A DNA stretch of 62,074 nt, filler included, from Collodictyon triciliatum (lineage: Eukaryota): assembly GCA_043381765.1 (NCBI GenBank). It is 8 parts of 8 records of this genome, joined end to end, with 100 filler letters (N's around TTAATTAATTAA, not from the genome) between each part and the next. Parts side by side here need not be neighbours in the genome. Positions count along the whole stretch, not along the records: positions 1 to 8,549 come from JBHJMP010003384.1; positions 8,650 to 17,196 come from JBHJMP010003385.1; 6 more parts are not named here. One strand, given 5' to 3'. Below are positions 1-14,057 of the stretch, one piece after another; position 1 is the stretch's first letter; every line of letters starts with the position of its first letter. The position numbers were made by a program, and so were the translations under genes. The notes beneath the pieces were generated by a model, which did no database searches, was not told the origin of the DNA, and saw only the letters and a list, made by a program, of their open reading frames with translations.

Positions 1-1388
1 TTTTTTGTTTTTTTGTTTTTTTGTTTTTGTTTTTTTACTGGGCTGTAGCTTCGCACAGGTTTGTTTGGCCATCCCCATCTCCACCTTCTCATACCTGCAC
101 AATGCACCTCAAAAGTAAAGGCGGCCGCTTCGACCAAAAATGGCCGAAACAGCAATGATCTCCTCTCTCGCGAGTGTGCGGAGTATGGATGCTGGTCTCC
201 CCAAGTCCTTCCACAAGGCTTCACTTTTGGGTTTGAAGTCTTCCGTCGCCGGTAGACCGCCTGACCCGAGACGTATCTGAGTCGGCGAGATATTGCGGCA
301 AAACACACGCGCGAAATAGATTGCCTGATTTGGGTGGCATTCGTTTTTGTGTTTTCAGATTTTCCACATCTGCTTACTCAGATTTCGCAGGGCGCAGCGC
401 CGTCAATCTTGAGAGAAAATAAATCTTTGGAGTGACCCCTGCAAAACATACTGTGGGGCGGGCTCTATGCAAGAGTGAGAGTAAGGATGAATCCCAATCA
501 CATCTGTCTTTCTTGTCATTTTTTTTCGTCTAAATATTTTGTATATTTATTTATTTTTTTTTACTTCAACGCAAGTCAAGCCCGGGCGATTGCGCAAACA
601 CGCGTGGCATATCTTCATCGCCCTGCAATCCACTCTTTGCATTCCACCCTTTCTTCCCCGACCTTTCATTGAAAACGTCTTATCATGTAACCGCTGCACA
701 ATACATGCTTCGAACATAAAACCCATCGCGTTGGTTATGTAAAGCACAACTATAAAAACCCAGAATAATAAATATATGTCAGTATATACATCGACATTAA
801 CTTATATATTATTAGATCAGAATAAAATTACTATATCAACAAATCGCAGAGCTACTATATTCCACAAATAATATCAATAAGACAAAGGCCTTTCCTTTGC
901 TTCGCATCCCACTATGAAACAAGCGTTGATCAGCCTCGCCCTTGCGGAGATCTCCACACGCTCAGCTTCTTGTGGACTTCGGGATCGTCCCAAGCGACTC
1001 ATCACGGATCCTCCTTTCGAAAAGACGGGCATCAAATCTACCCCGAAAACTCAATTGCACTGACTCTCTCCAGTTTGCACAAACTCCTGCGACCGGCAGA
1101 AAGGCATCATTCAGTATGGGCAGCCGAGGCGGTACAATCCATTTTTTATCCTTGCATTTCTTCAAAACGCAAGTATTGTTTCTTCTTCTTCACCAGCTTG
1201 CATCTTTTTCAGTCCTTCTGTGCACTCACGCCAGAGACTGAAATGAACTGTCGGGACCTTCGCTTCCACCATTCTTTTCTCAACCGTATTTCCGCGTATC
1301 ACTTATCATTTGTTGGCACTCGTTTCCACCCTTCAAGAAAGAAAAGATGATATTCGCTATGTCTCGGTCTGTCTAAACCAACACACTT

Positions 1389-1712
1389 ATGGTCTGCTCC
1401 AACGCAGACGGGCCACGGAGAGACTTGCAAGTTGTGATTGGCATCCTGGCCGGATATGCGGCTTATAACTCAGTCGATCCCGACCTTCTCATCGACCACT
1501 ATGTGCGGTGGCGAAATGGAAATGGAGCTGGAGCCGATGCACGCGTGGTTGGCACACTTGTGAATGCATACGATAAGTTTCAGCTGCGGATGGACTTGCG
1601 TGAGTTTGACGGGCGTTCTCCTGTGGGCCACGCTACGCTCATCCGGGTGGCAACGAGCTTTGCGGTTTACTCTGTTGCGTCTTTTGCATCGGGTCTTTTC
1701 CTGTCGAAATAA
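1389..1712 (+). CDS. Small hypothetical protein (107 aa), single exon, hydrophobic C-terminal segment (possibly tail-anchored)
   Basis: ATG-to-TAA ORF, more GC-rich than its flanks, with non-repetitive protein-like composition. C-terminus LIRVATSFAVYSVASFASGLFLSK is hydrophobic. No recognisable family. Confidence 0.45.
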   Translation: MVCSNADGPRRDLQVVIGILAGYAAYNSVDPDLLIDHYVRWRNGNGAGADARVVGTLVNAYDKFQLRMDLREFDGRSPVGHATLIRVATSFAVYSVASFASGLFLSK

Positions 1713-2785
1713 AAGATGCATACTGTTTGCCTATGCGCCAGTAAACTCACCCACCAAACTGTGGTGTTCTTTTTTTTACCAGGGGATTTCGTGTGTTTGA
1801 GAAACTCTGTGGAAAGAGGGATCTGCGAAAGAGTTGCTCGAGTTTTAGGCTTTGATGGGGCTCAAACAAATGGCGGATAATGATCATTTTCTTTGAAAAG
1901 GTCCTCCAATATGATACAGCTTGCTGTAGCCTGGATTCATTATTGATTGTCATGGATATAATATTTGATTGTAGAAAGAAACGCCTCATGATTATATGGT
2001 TTGGTTTTATTGGGCGTGGCTGTTGAAAGGCTCTGTAATGAAAAGGCAGGGTTGAAGTTAGAATGACATCAAAAACAATAATAATAATAATAATATGAGG
2101 CTCATTTGGGATTGTATGTTCTATTGAGAATTGTTTGTGATGAGCTTCCAAGAATGTTCTGTGACGATTGACTGAAAAAGTGTTGCCGCAGTAATTTTCT
2201 TCAAAATAATGCGTATCATAGGGAGCTGACGGTTTGATAAGGGAGATAATGAAATAATGTTATGATTAGATATACATTGGAGGACCGCTGTTATTTTAAG
2301 GGATGATGTGGGTTGGGTATGGTATTGATGAAGTGTAATTTCAGCCAGCCATGTGAGACAATATGATTGAATAACAAAATAAGATCAGCGATGTGTTAAG
2401 GTTGAAGTAAAAAAAAAAAGAAAGAATTTTCTGGAAGGAATCGGCGAATAAGGAGGTCGAATCATTTTGCAGCAGTGCTTCACATAGCGATGCATCAAAT
2501 TCCCTTCGATATAGAGACAAGATAAATGGAAAAAAAAATTAATTCAGGGACAATCCAGCGATTGTGTAAGCTTCATATCAGAGCTGTGTATTAGAATACA
2601 TTTTCCTATAAAATATTACAAAAGTTGGAAACATTCTTATGGATCCTCTTGGGGCGGTTTTGTTTGAATAGGGTCTGTCAATGTGGCATCCTTTTGCTAA
2701 TGTAAAAATAAATATAAAAGAGTAAAATGTTATCATACCAGGGGAAAAGAATTCAAAGATAAATGAATAAACATAAAAATTAAAA

Positions 2786-3323
2786 TTATGATACAAATGC
2801 AATTTCTTCCAAATAGATTTGAACCAATTCAGGCCCAGTCACGATTTGGACGCTTTCTTTAGGTCCTTCATCGCGAGGGTTCGACATAGTCCTCATTTTC
2901 TTTGCGTTTTCTGAATACACTATCCTTGGCAAATAATAACAGTGGCTCTGAGGGGGTTCGTAAAACGACATTGAAGGAGTGGAAGCATGGTCGACGACCA
3001 TAGGCCTTATCTGCTTGTATTGTATCATTTTTTTGATTTTTGAGGTTAGCAACAGCAGGATATGAAAAGACCACATGCGGGTTAAATCGTTTTGCCCCGT
3101 ATGAAAAAAAAAAGATAAGAAAGAAAGATAAGAAAGAAAGATAAGAAAGAAAGATAAGAAAGATAAGAAAGAAAGATAAGAAAGAAAGATAAGAAAGAAA
3201 GATAAGAAAGAAAGATAAGAAAGAAAGATAAGAAAGAAAGATAAGAAAAATTAGTTAAGAAAGATAAGAAAGAAAAAGAAAAAAGATAAGAAAAAAGATA
3301 AGAAAAAAGATAAGAAAAAAGAT

Positions 3324-3417
<94 letters not shown>

Positions 3418-6400
3418 AGAAAGAAAGATAAGAGAAAAGAAAGATAAGAAAGATAAGAAAGAAAAACAAAAAGAAAAAGAAATCCATAAATGGAACCGTG
3501 TGGTTGCGAATGTGACCTTTTCCATTCTAAAATTCGGTATCTCGATTCCGCGCAAATGCACGTTAGCTCCCACTTGGTACAGCTTTTTACATAATGGGCA
3601 ATCGTGGACATTTCTTCTCCAATGCTGGTTGCAGGCTTCGATTATTGGACGGAATGAAACAGTGAAACTTTAGTAGTGAGAGAAGAACGCGCTTATGTAA
3701 AACAAATGTCTACCTTCTATCAAGACGACATTCATATATAAAAAATATTTGATTCGAAATAAATATTTAAATAATGATATAACACATGATAACAGAAAAT
3801 GAAAGGTTTAAGAATTGTATTTAATTACAAAAAAAGAAAAAAAGCTATCTGGCAAGAGGAGGAATAAGAAGAAGGGATTAAAATTTGAAGACGAACCATT
3901 GCAAACAGGTGCATCTGCTTGAAGATATCGAAAAACCCTCTTCTTTTCTAAACCACACCCAAAGCACATCTTCGGAAGGAGTAAATCAGCTTTGCTCGTT
4001 GGAGAATCACCTTGTTCGTGCAGCTTCTTGGAGGGAGGGTATGAGGTAGAAGAGGCAGGAGAGCGTCCCTCTGTAGCTGATGAGGGATTTGATGAGGCCG
4101 GGGATACGTGGCGTGCGTTCGGCACAGACGACTGACTCCCAGCTGATTGGATCAGTTCTCCATGTCCTAAAAATATATCAGAGTAAAATTATATGACGCT
4201 AAGTAAAGCATAAAATATAAGGGACATATGGAAAAAATGAAGAGTGATTTTGACATGGATGGACAATAGCTTATTCCAACAATAAAATCAATTTTACCCT
4301 GCGTTGTTGTATTTGCTAGAGGGGTGGGTAGATGTGCCATACTGGGATTTGTATTTGAATACGATGAGGTTGTCGTGAGTGTTGGGTCTATGTAGTTGTT
4401 GAGCCCTTGGGGGGCCGATGCTACTCGTGAAAGTTTCCCTTTGGTCGGCGAGTTACTCTTCACAAATCCGTTGCCAAACGATGTATTTCGATGCATCACA
4501 TTATCAACCTGGGGCGTTGACTTCGCATCATGCCCAGAACCGACAAAAACCAGGTGTGACCGTGAAGGTTGAGCATGTCCGTTCATCTTTTGCTCCTGGT
4601 CAGCAAGCGGCCACTGTGGGAAACTCAAGGGAGAAGACTGATGATGAAACGATCTGCTTTGGTGGGGAAATGCCCCTGGGTAGACTTGATTTACGTTGAT
4701 GGATTGTGAATCAAACTCGAATGAGGGAGTAAAAAGAGTGTTTTGAGAACGCGCCCGAGGAAGCCTTGGCTTCACAGGGATTGACCAGGGAACGCCTCGG
4801 GGACTGACATATGGAGGAATCTTGATATGATGTTGAATGCCGTTTTTGTTTTGACTTTGGGTTGCTTGCGAAGAAACGCTGAGGTCACCACACTCTTGCA
4901 CATGTAGAACATCGCTCAATGATTCGTTGCTCTGATGAGAAAATTTCCCCATCGAGACAGTCAGGAGTGAATCAAGATGTGACATTGATGAGATCTAAAA
5001 AAAAAAATCATGAGAAGAGAGTAATAAGACTAACCAAAGGATGTGTTTCTGTTTCGGAGAGCCAAGATTCTGGAATTGGAGCCAGGGGTGCAGTGATAGG
5101 GAGATTCTACACGGATCAATATAATACAAGAGTGAGCGTGTGGATATGTATGCCATCAATTGCAAGAACTCAAAGAACAGATTTGAACTTAAACCCTTAC
5201 AAACTCTCCGGGATGCCCACGGTGTATCATCCCACCCATAGGGCCGAAAGACTGAAACGAGTGAACCCTCTTCAAACCCAAATTTCTTATTGGAGGAGTA
5301 TATTGGACAGGCGGACTTACTTTCATGGCCAGTGCACCAAGGTTTCCGGGACAAGATATAGCACGAGATAGAAACGAGTCTGAATGAGGTTCCTCGGTGG
5401 CTGTTTTCATTGTTTGGTGAAGTAATACGTCAGTTTGTTCTTTGGGGAGAACTTTTTGTGAGTTGAGGCACCATGACAGGAGCATATCCCGATTCCATGT
5501 GGTCGGGTCAGATAATCCAGGGTCTGGTAAAGTACCACCGGTCGGAGTGAGATATTGGGGACTGGTCTTTGGCGGCTCTGGAGTTGTGCTGGCTTTTGGT
5601 TGGCGAGACTGCAGCTGCATACGATGAGAATAGTCTGATGTTCCATTGACTGGATAGGCGAAATGGCCCGACTGCGGCTTCGTTTGGGTCTGGCTTCGAG
5701 AACGCGGCTGGGCACGTGGTTTTGTTCGAGTTTCTGCACCGCTTTGCTGTTTCTGATTTGCATGAGCGATGCCATTATCAGACTCTATAATATTGGTATG
5801 AACCGAGTCGACTGTGGGTGAGCTAACAACTGCTGATTCTGTGACTTTTGGCATAAAATAGAGTTGCCCGTCAGCCTTTCGCTCTGCTGAGGGATTTTCA
5901 GAGGGCGGGTTGCGATACAGCATCGATGGATGAATGGATGTCTCTTGGTGCGGCGAAGATGGAGATGGACACAAGGAAGATGAGATTGCTGTGAGAGGCA
6001 GGTTGGTGGCTGGGACTGTTCGAACTTCGAAAGGATTTGTAGAGTGGGATTGAGGAAGCTCAAAGGAAGGGAAGCATGAGGGACAATGCATTTGTTGCTC
6101 AGGGTCCCACGAGAAGCAGATTGTGCATGTGTTGATACCCGGCCACATGAAACGATCAGATGATTTGTGATCGACTCCGGAGACATCATCTCGTGGAAGC
6201 GAGTCAGAGAGCGTACGAGATTCCTGCACCGTTATTATTATAAATAGGTTTCTTTTAAAAAAAAAAAGAAGAAGCAAGTAGTTGCATTAGTGAAATGGAC
6301 GGCATACTAACCATAGTTGAATGGATGGAACAAAATTGTTAAGTTTAATTAAAAATGAGTGAATACCTTCATGTCAAATGGATTTTGTGATGGGATCGAT

Positions 6401-7000
6401 GTTGAAGTATTATGCGTGTCTGATGTGTTTGTTTGCAACCAGCGATGGTCTCGAGTCGGTGGAAATAGATCCATCGAGTCACCCGGAATATCAAATGCTG
6501 TTGCTAAAAAATAAAAAAATAAAAAAAATAAAAAATAAAAAACAAAAACATCATGGTGATTGACGCAGAGAAGATGTCACCACATAACACAATGCTTTGA
6601 CATGCAGCTGCATTATTAAATATAGATACATACATGGACTGGCCCACGGATTGGCATCTGCAGAATTAAACAATGGAGAGTTATGATGGTGGTGATGGTG
6701 GTGGTGATGATCAAAGTCTGCTGATGACCGCCTCAGGGGAGGCGATGTGATTGAGGAGTGTGGATGTGATGCCGCAGCCAAAGGGGTAACGGGAGTTTGA
6801 CTACGACTTAAGTCAAAGGCAGGCTGCACAGCTTGAGCCATGGATATCGATAAGGCATTTGTGTGATAATGTGCAGTTGTATTTCCTGGGAGGATGCTCG
6901 ACGGAGACGCGAATGATGGCGCTAGAAAAGTGGATGCGGGTGCAATGGCGGCGACTCGAGTGGGAGGGTTTAGTTTTGTGGATTTGTGGGGCCGATCCAT
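2786..7000 (-). CDS. Multi-exon Ser/Pro/His-rich protein with a divergent C-terminal GATA-type zinc finger (putative transcription factor)
   Basis: In-phase GT-AG exons at about 7000-6635, 6502-6367, 6224-5198, 4994-4299, 4166-3897, 3635-3517 and 3010-2786. Splicing intron 3896-3636 gives CFGC-x17-CNAC (CFGCGLEKKRVFRYLQADAPVCNACNQHWRRN). Poly-His tract near the N-terminus. Start and last exon are less certain. Confidence 0.7.
3105..3482. repeat. Compound (AAAG)n / (GATAAGAAAGAAA)n microsatellite in an intron
   Basis: Directly visible tandem repeats. Confidence 0.95.
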
Positions 7001-7747
7001 ATCTATGGGTGGCCGGATTGACTTGAACGAATATCCACGTGCTTTTTCTACGGTTTGCCTTTGCCGTCGCCTTTTTTGTTTCTCTTTCTTCCTATTTCAT
7101 GGGATGGGATTGTAATTTGAGAGGTATTGCAATAATTAATATTGTTTTGATTGTAAGGGTGAAAAAAAAAATCAAAATAAAGAAGGGAAATGCGAAAAAT
7201 GAATTGTGTCAAAAGGGATTGTGTGTTAAAGCTTCTTTTATTATTTTTTTAAAGGTGCATGCATATTGTTATATTGTTGTAATGATCTAAAGATTACAAC
7301 GGAGAAAAGGAATTGGGCAGAGTAATGATTTGGTGTGAGTTGGGGAATAAATGGTATGGTTATGGAAGGGATTTTGCTGCGGGAAAACAAACGGTAGCAC
7401 AAAACTACTCCATAGACTTTTAGCATAGGAAAATTGATCTGAAAGTGTGAAAAGAGAATGATATAGTGGTTGAGTTTGATAAGCTCGCCTTTGCTTCCTA
7501 TGAGTATGGTAAGGTTGGCGACCTGGGCTGGTATAATAAGATCACACTTATGTCCCTGCGATCACCTTTAAAAAAAAAAAAAAAGAAAAGAAATAGGAGT
7601 ACAAAGACACATCTGCAGATTCAACTCAACTTATCCGAAGCTATATTCATCGCTCTGGCGCGTATTAGCCAACCTCTTCTTGGGCTACATAATATCGTGA
7701 TGCAGTCTCTGCAATTCCTCATTCCTCATTCGCGATCGTGTCTCGTT

Positions 7748-7855
7748 CTCTCTCTTTCTCTTTCTCTTTCTCTTTCTCTTTCTCTTTCTCTTTCTCTTTC
7801 TCTTTCTCTTTCTCTTTCTCTTTCTCTTTCTCTTTCTCTTTCTCTTTCTCTTTCT
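7748..7855. repeat. (TCTCTT)n microsatellite
   Basis: Directly visible; source of the SL/SF/KR-repeat pseudo-ORFs. Confidence 0.95.
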
Positions 7856-8477
7856 TTTGGTGGGCTTCAACAGCCGAGTTGATAATGTCTGTCGTATGTG
7901 TGTTTCCTCCTGCTTTGGCATTGGCGCTTCGGAAACCAAATTAAAAAAAAAAAGATTCAGTAAAACGGGGGTTTCTTTTTTGATCGGTTTGCAAATATCG
8001 CATCTCTTCCAATTTTGGATGTCGATTCATAAAATTTCCGGTGGTAGGCCATATGCGACTTTGGGCACCGCATTTCCATGAAGAATCCTTTGTTAGGGAA
8101 AAGACTCTTAAAAACATATGTGGTATTATTTATCAATCTTTATCTAAATATAGATAAAGATTAAAGTTCAAAGAAATACAGGGGTTTCTAAGTAATCATC
8201 CATATGTGGAAATGGATTTCAAAAGCCCGTCCGATTTAAATCAAAGGTAGTTGGTGGCCGCGTTTTGCTCGAGCCCACCCCATCTTATGTTGCGTTGATG
8301 AGGGCGAGTCGCGGCGTGCCAGGCAATAAACGAGCTCGGGCAACTTCTCTCTCCAAGTCGTGCCCTTTTCTATTCTTGTTGTTGTTATTTTTATCATTTT
8401 ATTTTGTTTTGTTTTTTTTGTTTTTTTTGTTTTTTTTGTTTTTTTTGTTTTTTTTTGTTTTTTTTGTTTTTTTTTTT

Positions 8478-8549
<72 letters not shown>

Positions 8550-8649
8550 NNNNNNNNNNNNNNNNNNNNNNNNNNNNNNNNNNNNNNNNNNNNTTAATTA
8601 ATTAANNNNNNNNNNNNNNNNNNNNNNNNNNNNNNNNNNNNNNNNNNNN
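8550..8649. other. Artificial concatenation linker (44 N + TTAATTAATTAA + 44 N)
   Basis: Palindromic 12-mer with stops in all six frames, flanked by exactly 44 N on each side; identical at seven positions. Confidence 0.97.
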
Positions 8650-8770
8650 AAACAAACAAACAAACAAACAAACAAACAAACAAACAAACAAACAAACAAA
8701 CAAACAAACAAACAAACAAACAAACAAACAAACAAACAAACAAACAAACAAACAAACAAACAAACAAACA
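8650..8770. repeat. (AAAC)n microsatellite at contig start
   Basis: Directly visible. Confidence 0.95.
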
Positions 8771-8847
8771 TGCTACAGTTGAATCTCGTGTGCGCCACAT
8801 TTATAATCAATCTTATAAAATTACGATGAAATTTATTGTATGACTAG

Positions 8848-11800
8848 ATGGCACAATCCTTGAATATGAATTTTCTTGGGATACATTTGTCAGTGGAGGC
8901 CCCGAAGCGACCAACTTTAGTACCGCAGCAGTAATTGACGGAGGTGATTTTTGATTATTTTTTTTTTGGTCATATGTTTTTCATTATCCTAATTTTCATG
9001 ATAGGAATTTCTCCTATTATGTTTAAACAACAAAGAATTATGTGAATATTTACAGAGCATGCTCTACTTTATTACAGATGGTCTTTTGTTGACTCCTTTG
9101 AAGCGAACTGTTGTGCCACCTCCGATGAGTTCTACTGTTTTGAAGACGCCATCTGCCATCCAAGCGATTGATTTCCTTCCCTCCAGCGAAATCGCATGTT
9201 TTCTGAGTGATGGTCACGTTTTGTTAACGAATCCTTATTCTATTACCACTAGAGGTATATTCTTATTCGGAAATATTTGTATCATATCGAATTTTTTTTT
9301 ATAAATGGCTTCTTTTTTTTTTTTTTGAACCGGACATCCTTTTTGTTAATCTTTTGATACTTAAATAAACCCTAAATTCGATTCATTCCATTAATCAGGT
9401 GCATATTTTGATGCCACGACGCCACCATCCATCAAAGCTGTTCTCACGTATATTCTCTTTCATTTATTTTCACTAAATAATATCATTCACAACTATATTT
9501 GTCTATGCACATTAAAAAAAAAAAACGCTGTTTTGTCTGTATGCAAATCAGGATTCCGGAGGTGGACCCATCCACAGTGAAGCAAATTGTGTGGGGCTCG
9601 CCTGAAAAACTGTTATTTTTATGTCGCTCCTCTGATTCTATCCGAGACGAAGTTAAAATCGCCCAACTTCAAATATCCTCAGAATCAACCATAGTATCAA
9701 AGGTCTCAACCATCTTGTTGCAGACAAGGTCAATCCGAATTAGCCAGGATAAAATCAACAAACATATTATCATCGAGACTGAAAGTGGCAGCCTCCTTGA
9801 ATTAATGACAGGTCTTTATCATCTTTCCAATAGGGAAAAAAATCATCTAGAAATTATTCTTGTCATCCATGAGGTCAACGGAATGTTGGCTCATCGGTTT
9901 ATTTATGTATTTCAAATCGTCTATGTATATTTTTTGAATGCTATTGCATTAGATAGTGCACATTCTTTGCGCCCTCTCGGAAAATTTCCTAGTCCGTGCA
10001 GTATTGTTTCGTCCACAATAATCGGAGGAAAAGTAATGCCGAACTCGAATTAATTTACACAATCCTGGCAAGCTCTCTTCCACATTTTCTTTTGAACGAT
10101 AATGTATCATAGTGATAACTTCTAAAACTTCAATATTATCTATTTTAAGGTCGTCATCTTTGGGTTGAACGAGAGATACAACTTATATTCTGGAGAACAG
10201 TTGATCTCTAGTGAATGCAATTCCTTTTTTCTTCATGACCAATTTCTTGTTTACACAACACTGCGCCATATGATGCAAATGATTCCTCTGAATCGCAGCT
10301 GGCCTCCAGGTTACAATACATCTCTTAAACACCTACCGCACTATATATTCCAGTTAATTTCTCGAAATTATCGAGCATGCAACATGTTATCATATCTCAA
10401 TCAAGTTGGCTTTCGTTTTTATTCTTCAAACAGAGGACTTTGTCCCAGATAACCCCGACTTCCATCGGAGTGTGGAGAGGGGCTCCAAAATCGTTGCAGC
10501 AGTTCCTTATGATGTCAAAGTAGTATTGCAGGTATTATCATTTACGCAGTTTCGACTCATTTGTTTCGTTTATTTTCCACGTCTCAACCTTTTATACTGG
10601 CAATTACATGCAGTACACAATTACAGATGCCTCGTGGGAATTTGGAGGGTATTAGCCCACGCGCGATATTAATCCAAAATATCTGCAAAATGCTCGATCA
10701 GTATGATATCATAATTACTATATTATTTTTACTGGTATATTTGGTTGCTTTGAAAATTTCGTGTTCGGGCTCATATAGTCTCGTATGTACGATTATTAAT
10801 GTAAATATTTTCCAATCAAAATCTTGATTGGCAATTATTAACGTGCTCATGCAAATAGGAAACTCTACTTGAAGGCCTTTATGGAAATGAGAAGGCAGCG
10901 CGTGGATTTGAATTTGATATACGACTATGACCCAATGGTATTTGCCCAAGACGTCAATGAAATCGTTTCTCAGATATCCAATGTGGACTATATTAACCTC
11001 TTAATTTCCAGCATGAGGTAGTTAATCCATTCATTCCTGCACTGCAAACTTTTATAATTTTTATTTTTGATGTTAAATAGTTATGTATATTGAGAATAAT
11101 TCACTATCGATTGTTACACAAATAAATTACTTAATTGTTACCATACTGCGCAGAGATGATGATTCAATGCCGTCTCTGTTTCCAACTGTGAAAGCTAAGT
11201 CCATTTCACAGCACACATCCAAAAATGAAAAAGTCAACCACGTCTGCGATCTTCTTCGAGAAAGCTTAGTTCGCTGTGGGACCAACAGGCTAGACATATA
11301 GTTTTCTCCTCATGCCATAAATATTTCATCTTTTTTATATTTAGAATTTCATTGACTGATACAGTCATATTCTAACTCTTTCGAACTTCATCATGAAAAT
11401 CCAGGTATTTTCTCAGTATAATTACAGCGATGGCAAAGCGTAGTCCTCCGTTGATGGAAGAGGTTTTGGAAATAATTCGAGAAAGACGTGGTAAAAATTA
11501 AGAGCCCTCCAATCTCAACAAAGTATTTGAAGCACACATGATGCCAATGTTTCGTTTTTTACTGGAGTTTTCTTATTGAATATTTGATAGACTCGCCAAC
11601 TGATAGCTCAGAGGATGATGTTGGACAGCCGACAGCAGAAGAGGCCCTTGACTATGCAATCTTTTTGGTAGATGTGAATAAATTGTATGACGTGGCCTTG
11701 GGGATGTACGATTTCGACTTGGTGAAGATGGTCGCACAGAAGAGCTCCAAGGTTTTACTTTCTACATTTTATCTCATTTTTTGGCTTCGCAGATAAAAAT

Positions 11801-13997
11801 ATTTAATCATTACCTCCCATTTACTCATATTGTCTTTGATCTTTCCTCTTTTTCTTTTTCTTTTTCTTTTTCTTTTTCTTTTTCTTTTCCTTTTCTCTAT
11901 TTCATTTTCCGTATTCCATTTTCCTTTGATTTTTTCTTGCATCGTCTTAAAAACCATGCATCATTCTCTTGTATAATTACGTAGCATCATAGATTGAACC
12001 AAAAAAATCAAGAAATTAGCATTCATAACACATGTTTATTGTCCGAATATTAATTGAGCAGGACCCGAAAGAGTACCTACCCTTCTTGGCCGACATTCAA
12101 AAACTGGACCCAATACTGCAAAAATATACCATCGATAAAGGATTGAAAAAATTTGAGTGCGCCCTGAGGCATATTAGCAAAGCTGGCGATGAGCACTTCG
12201 AGAAATGCGTTGAACGTATGCGCAATCACATTACACATTTATATACATAAATTTCATCTAGGGGTTTTTTTTTAAAAGTAGTTCTCTCCGCTTTGTGAAT
12301 AGTGATTCAGCACCACGAATTATATAAAGTCGGTCTCGAGCTATTTGAAGGAGATAGGAATAAGCACCAGAAAGTGATGCATCTTTATGCCGAATATTTG
12401 TCCCTTTCAAATAGACACGATGATGCAGGATTCGGTTTGTCCATTTTTTTCTTCTTCTTTTTTTGGTTGTTTTTGTTTTGTTTAATAATTGGGTATTCAT
12501 ATTCTTCTATTATCCTCCATTCGAATGTAGTGATTGATTTTTCGACTTTAATCGTCCGTTTAATAATTCTCTGTCTTAAATTTTACATTGTGAAGCTTAC
12601 ATGCTGGCCAAAGATGAGCGAAAAGCACTATCCAGCTTCATCAGTGCCGGCTCAGTTAACTACACCTTCTCCACCGCATCTCGTTTGCAGCTGTCTCAAG
12701 CGTAAGGATCCACGCTTTGATATTTAACGCTATTTGTTCTTTTGTATAATGACTTACATGTAAACTGCAGAGCTTTTTTTTGAATGAAACCAGTAATGAA
12801 TTAAGATATTTTCAATTTATTCAATTTATTATTCCTACAGAGAGAAGAGCGAGGTGACTGTCAACTATCAAAGCCCTCCAATCCTAATAAATAATACACA
12901 TTGCACATTTATGCTTTTTGCATTTGAATGTGTTTTATTTTAATCATCATTCAGCATCGATAGCCAGTTGGCGAATGAAGCCAGTATTAATATGAAATTA
13001 TTTTAACCAGATTGCATATACAATATCTGATGTGCTGAAGAGCTCGGGACGCCACTTGGAGGCTGCAAATGTCCTTGTAGACTACTGCCAGGATTCGGAC
13101 GAAGCTGTCACCATTCTTGTGAACGGTCGTCTATGGGAGGAGTCACTAAACCTCGTAAAAATATGAAAAAAAGAAATATGACAATTTTCATGCTTGATGT
13201 AAAGTCGGTTCACCGTATTTCTTATTAGAGATACTATTTCTCAACTATTCAATCATTTTCCCTTTATTCGATTCAAAGTGTAGCGAGGTTATGCCATTAA
13301 CTATTCAATCATAATTAGGCATGTCGTTCGAACCGGGAAGATTTGATTGAAACAACAATAATTTCGGTAGACTGACCCTAAATTATTTCTTTTTGAAGAT
13401 ATCTTTTATATGATTCCATTGAACCCCTAGTCTTTTCTTAAAAATAGTTTTTTTATATATAATTTTTTTATCATCATTTTCCTCCATTTTTCCTCTCTTA
13501 TCTTTGTCAGGGATTAGAAGATGGACACGAAACAGTTTTATCTGAAATCAAGGAGAATATGACACGATATGAAAAATATTTTGGCCGCCTCAATGAGATT
13601 CGTGGAAATCGAGCCTCATCCCGCATCACAGTTGGTAAGTCTTTAAAAGCACGAAAGGCTTATAGTTACCGCAAGAATCGTTATATATAAAATGTTGTTT
13701 CAAAGGGGATGGGGAAAAGAAGATGTGTGATAAAATTTTGATGACTACTTATATACCGATTTTTTCTTTTTGGAGTTTCATATCAACAGACCAAGGAAAT
13801 AAATACCTACTGTATTTTGCTGCTCTCTGAATTGTCCATTAGAGTTTTGTATAATTTTTTCTCTCTCGTTATGTTATAAAAGATGATGAGGATGACACTC
13901 AGAGCGAAGCGGCATCTGAAGTGGGAAGTCTTTGGAGCGGATACTCAAGTAGGTTGTCGGTTGTCAGTACAGCATCCACAAGCAGCTCTCGCAGCAC
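8848..13997 (+). CDS. ELP1: Elongator complex protein 1 (IKI3/IKBKAP), 5'-partial and apparently 3'-partial, about 18 exons
   Basis: Spliced translation has ELP1 signatures: [93 protein letters not shown], and the Ser-rich [21 protein letters not shown] segment. Confidence 0.95.
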
Positions 13998-14057
13998 GTA
14001 ATAAACGATATGATTGTTGCATATAATTTCCAAAAGTTTTGTTCATTCACTCCAACA

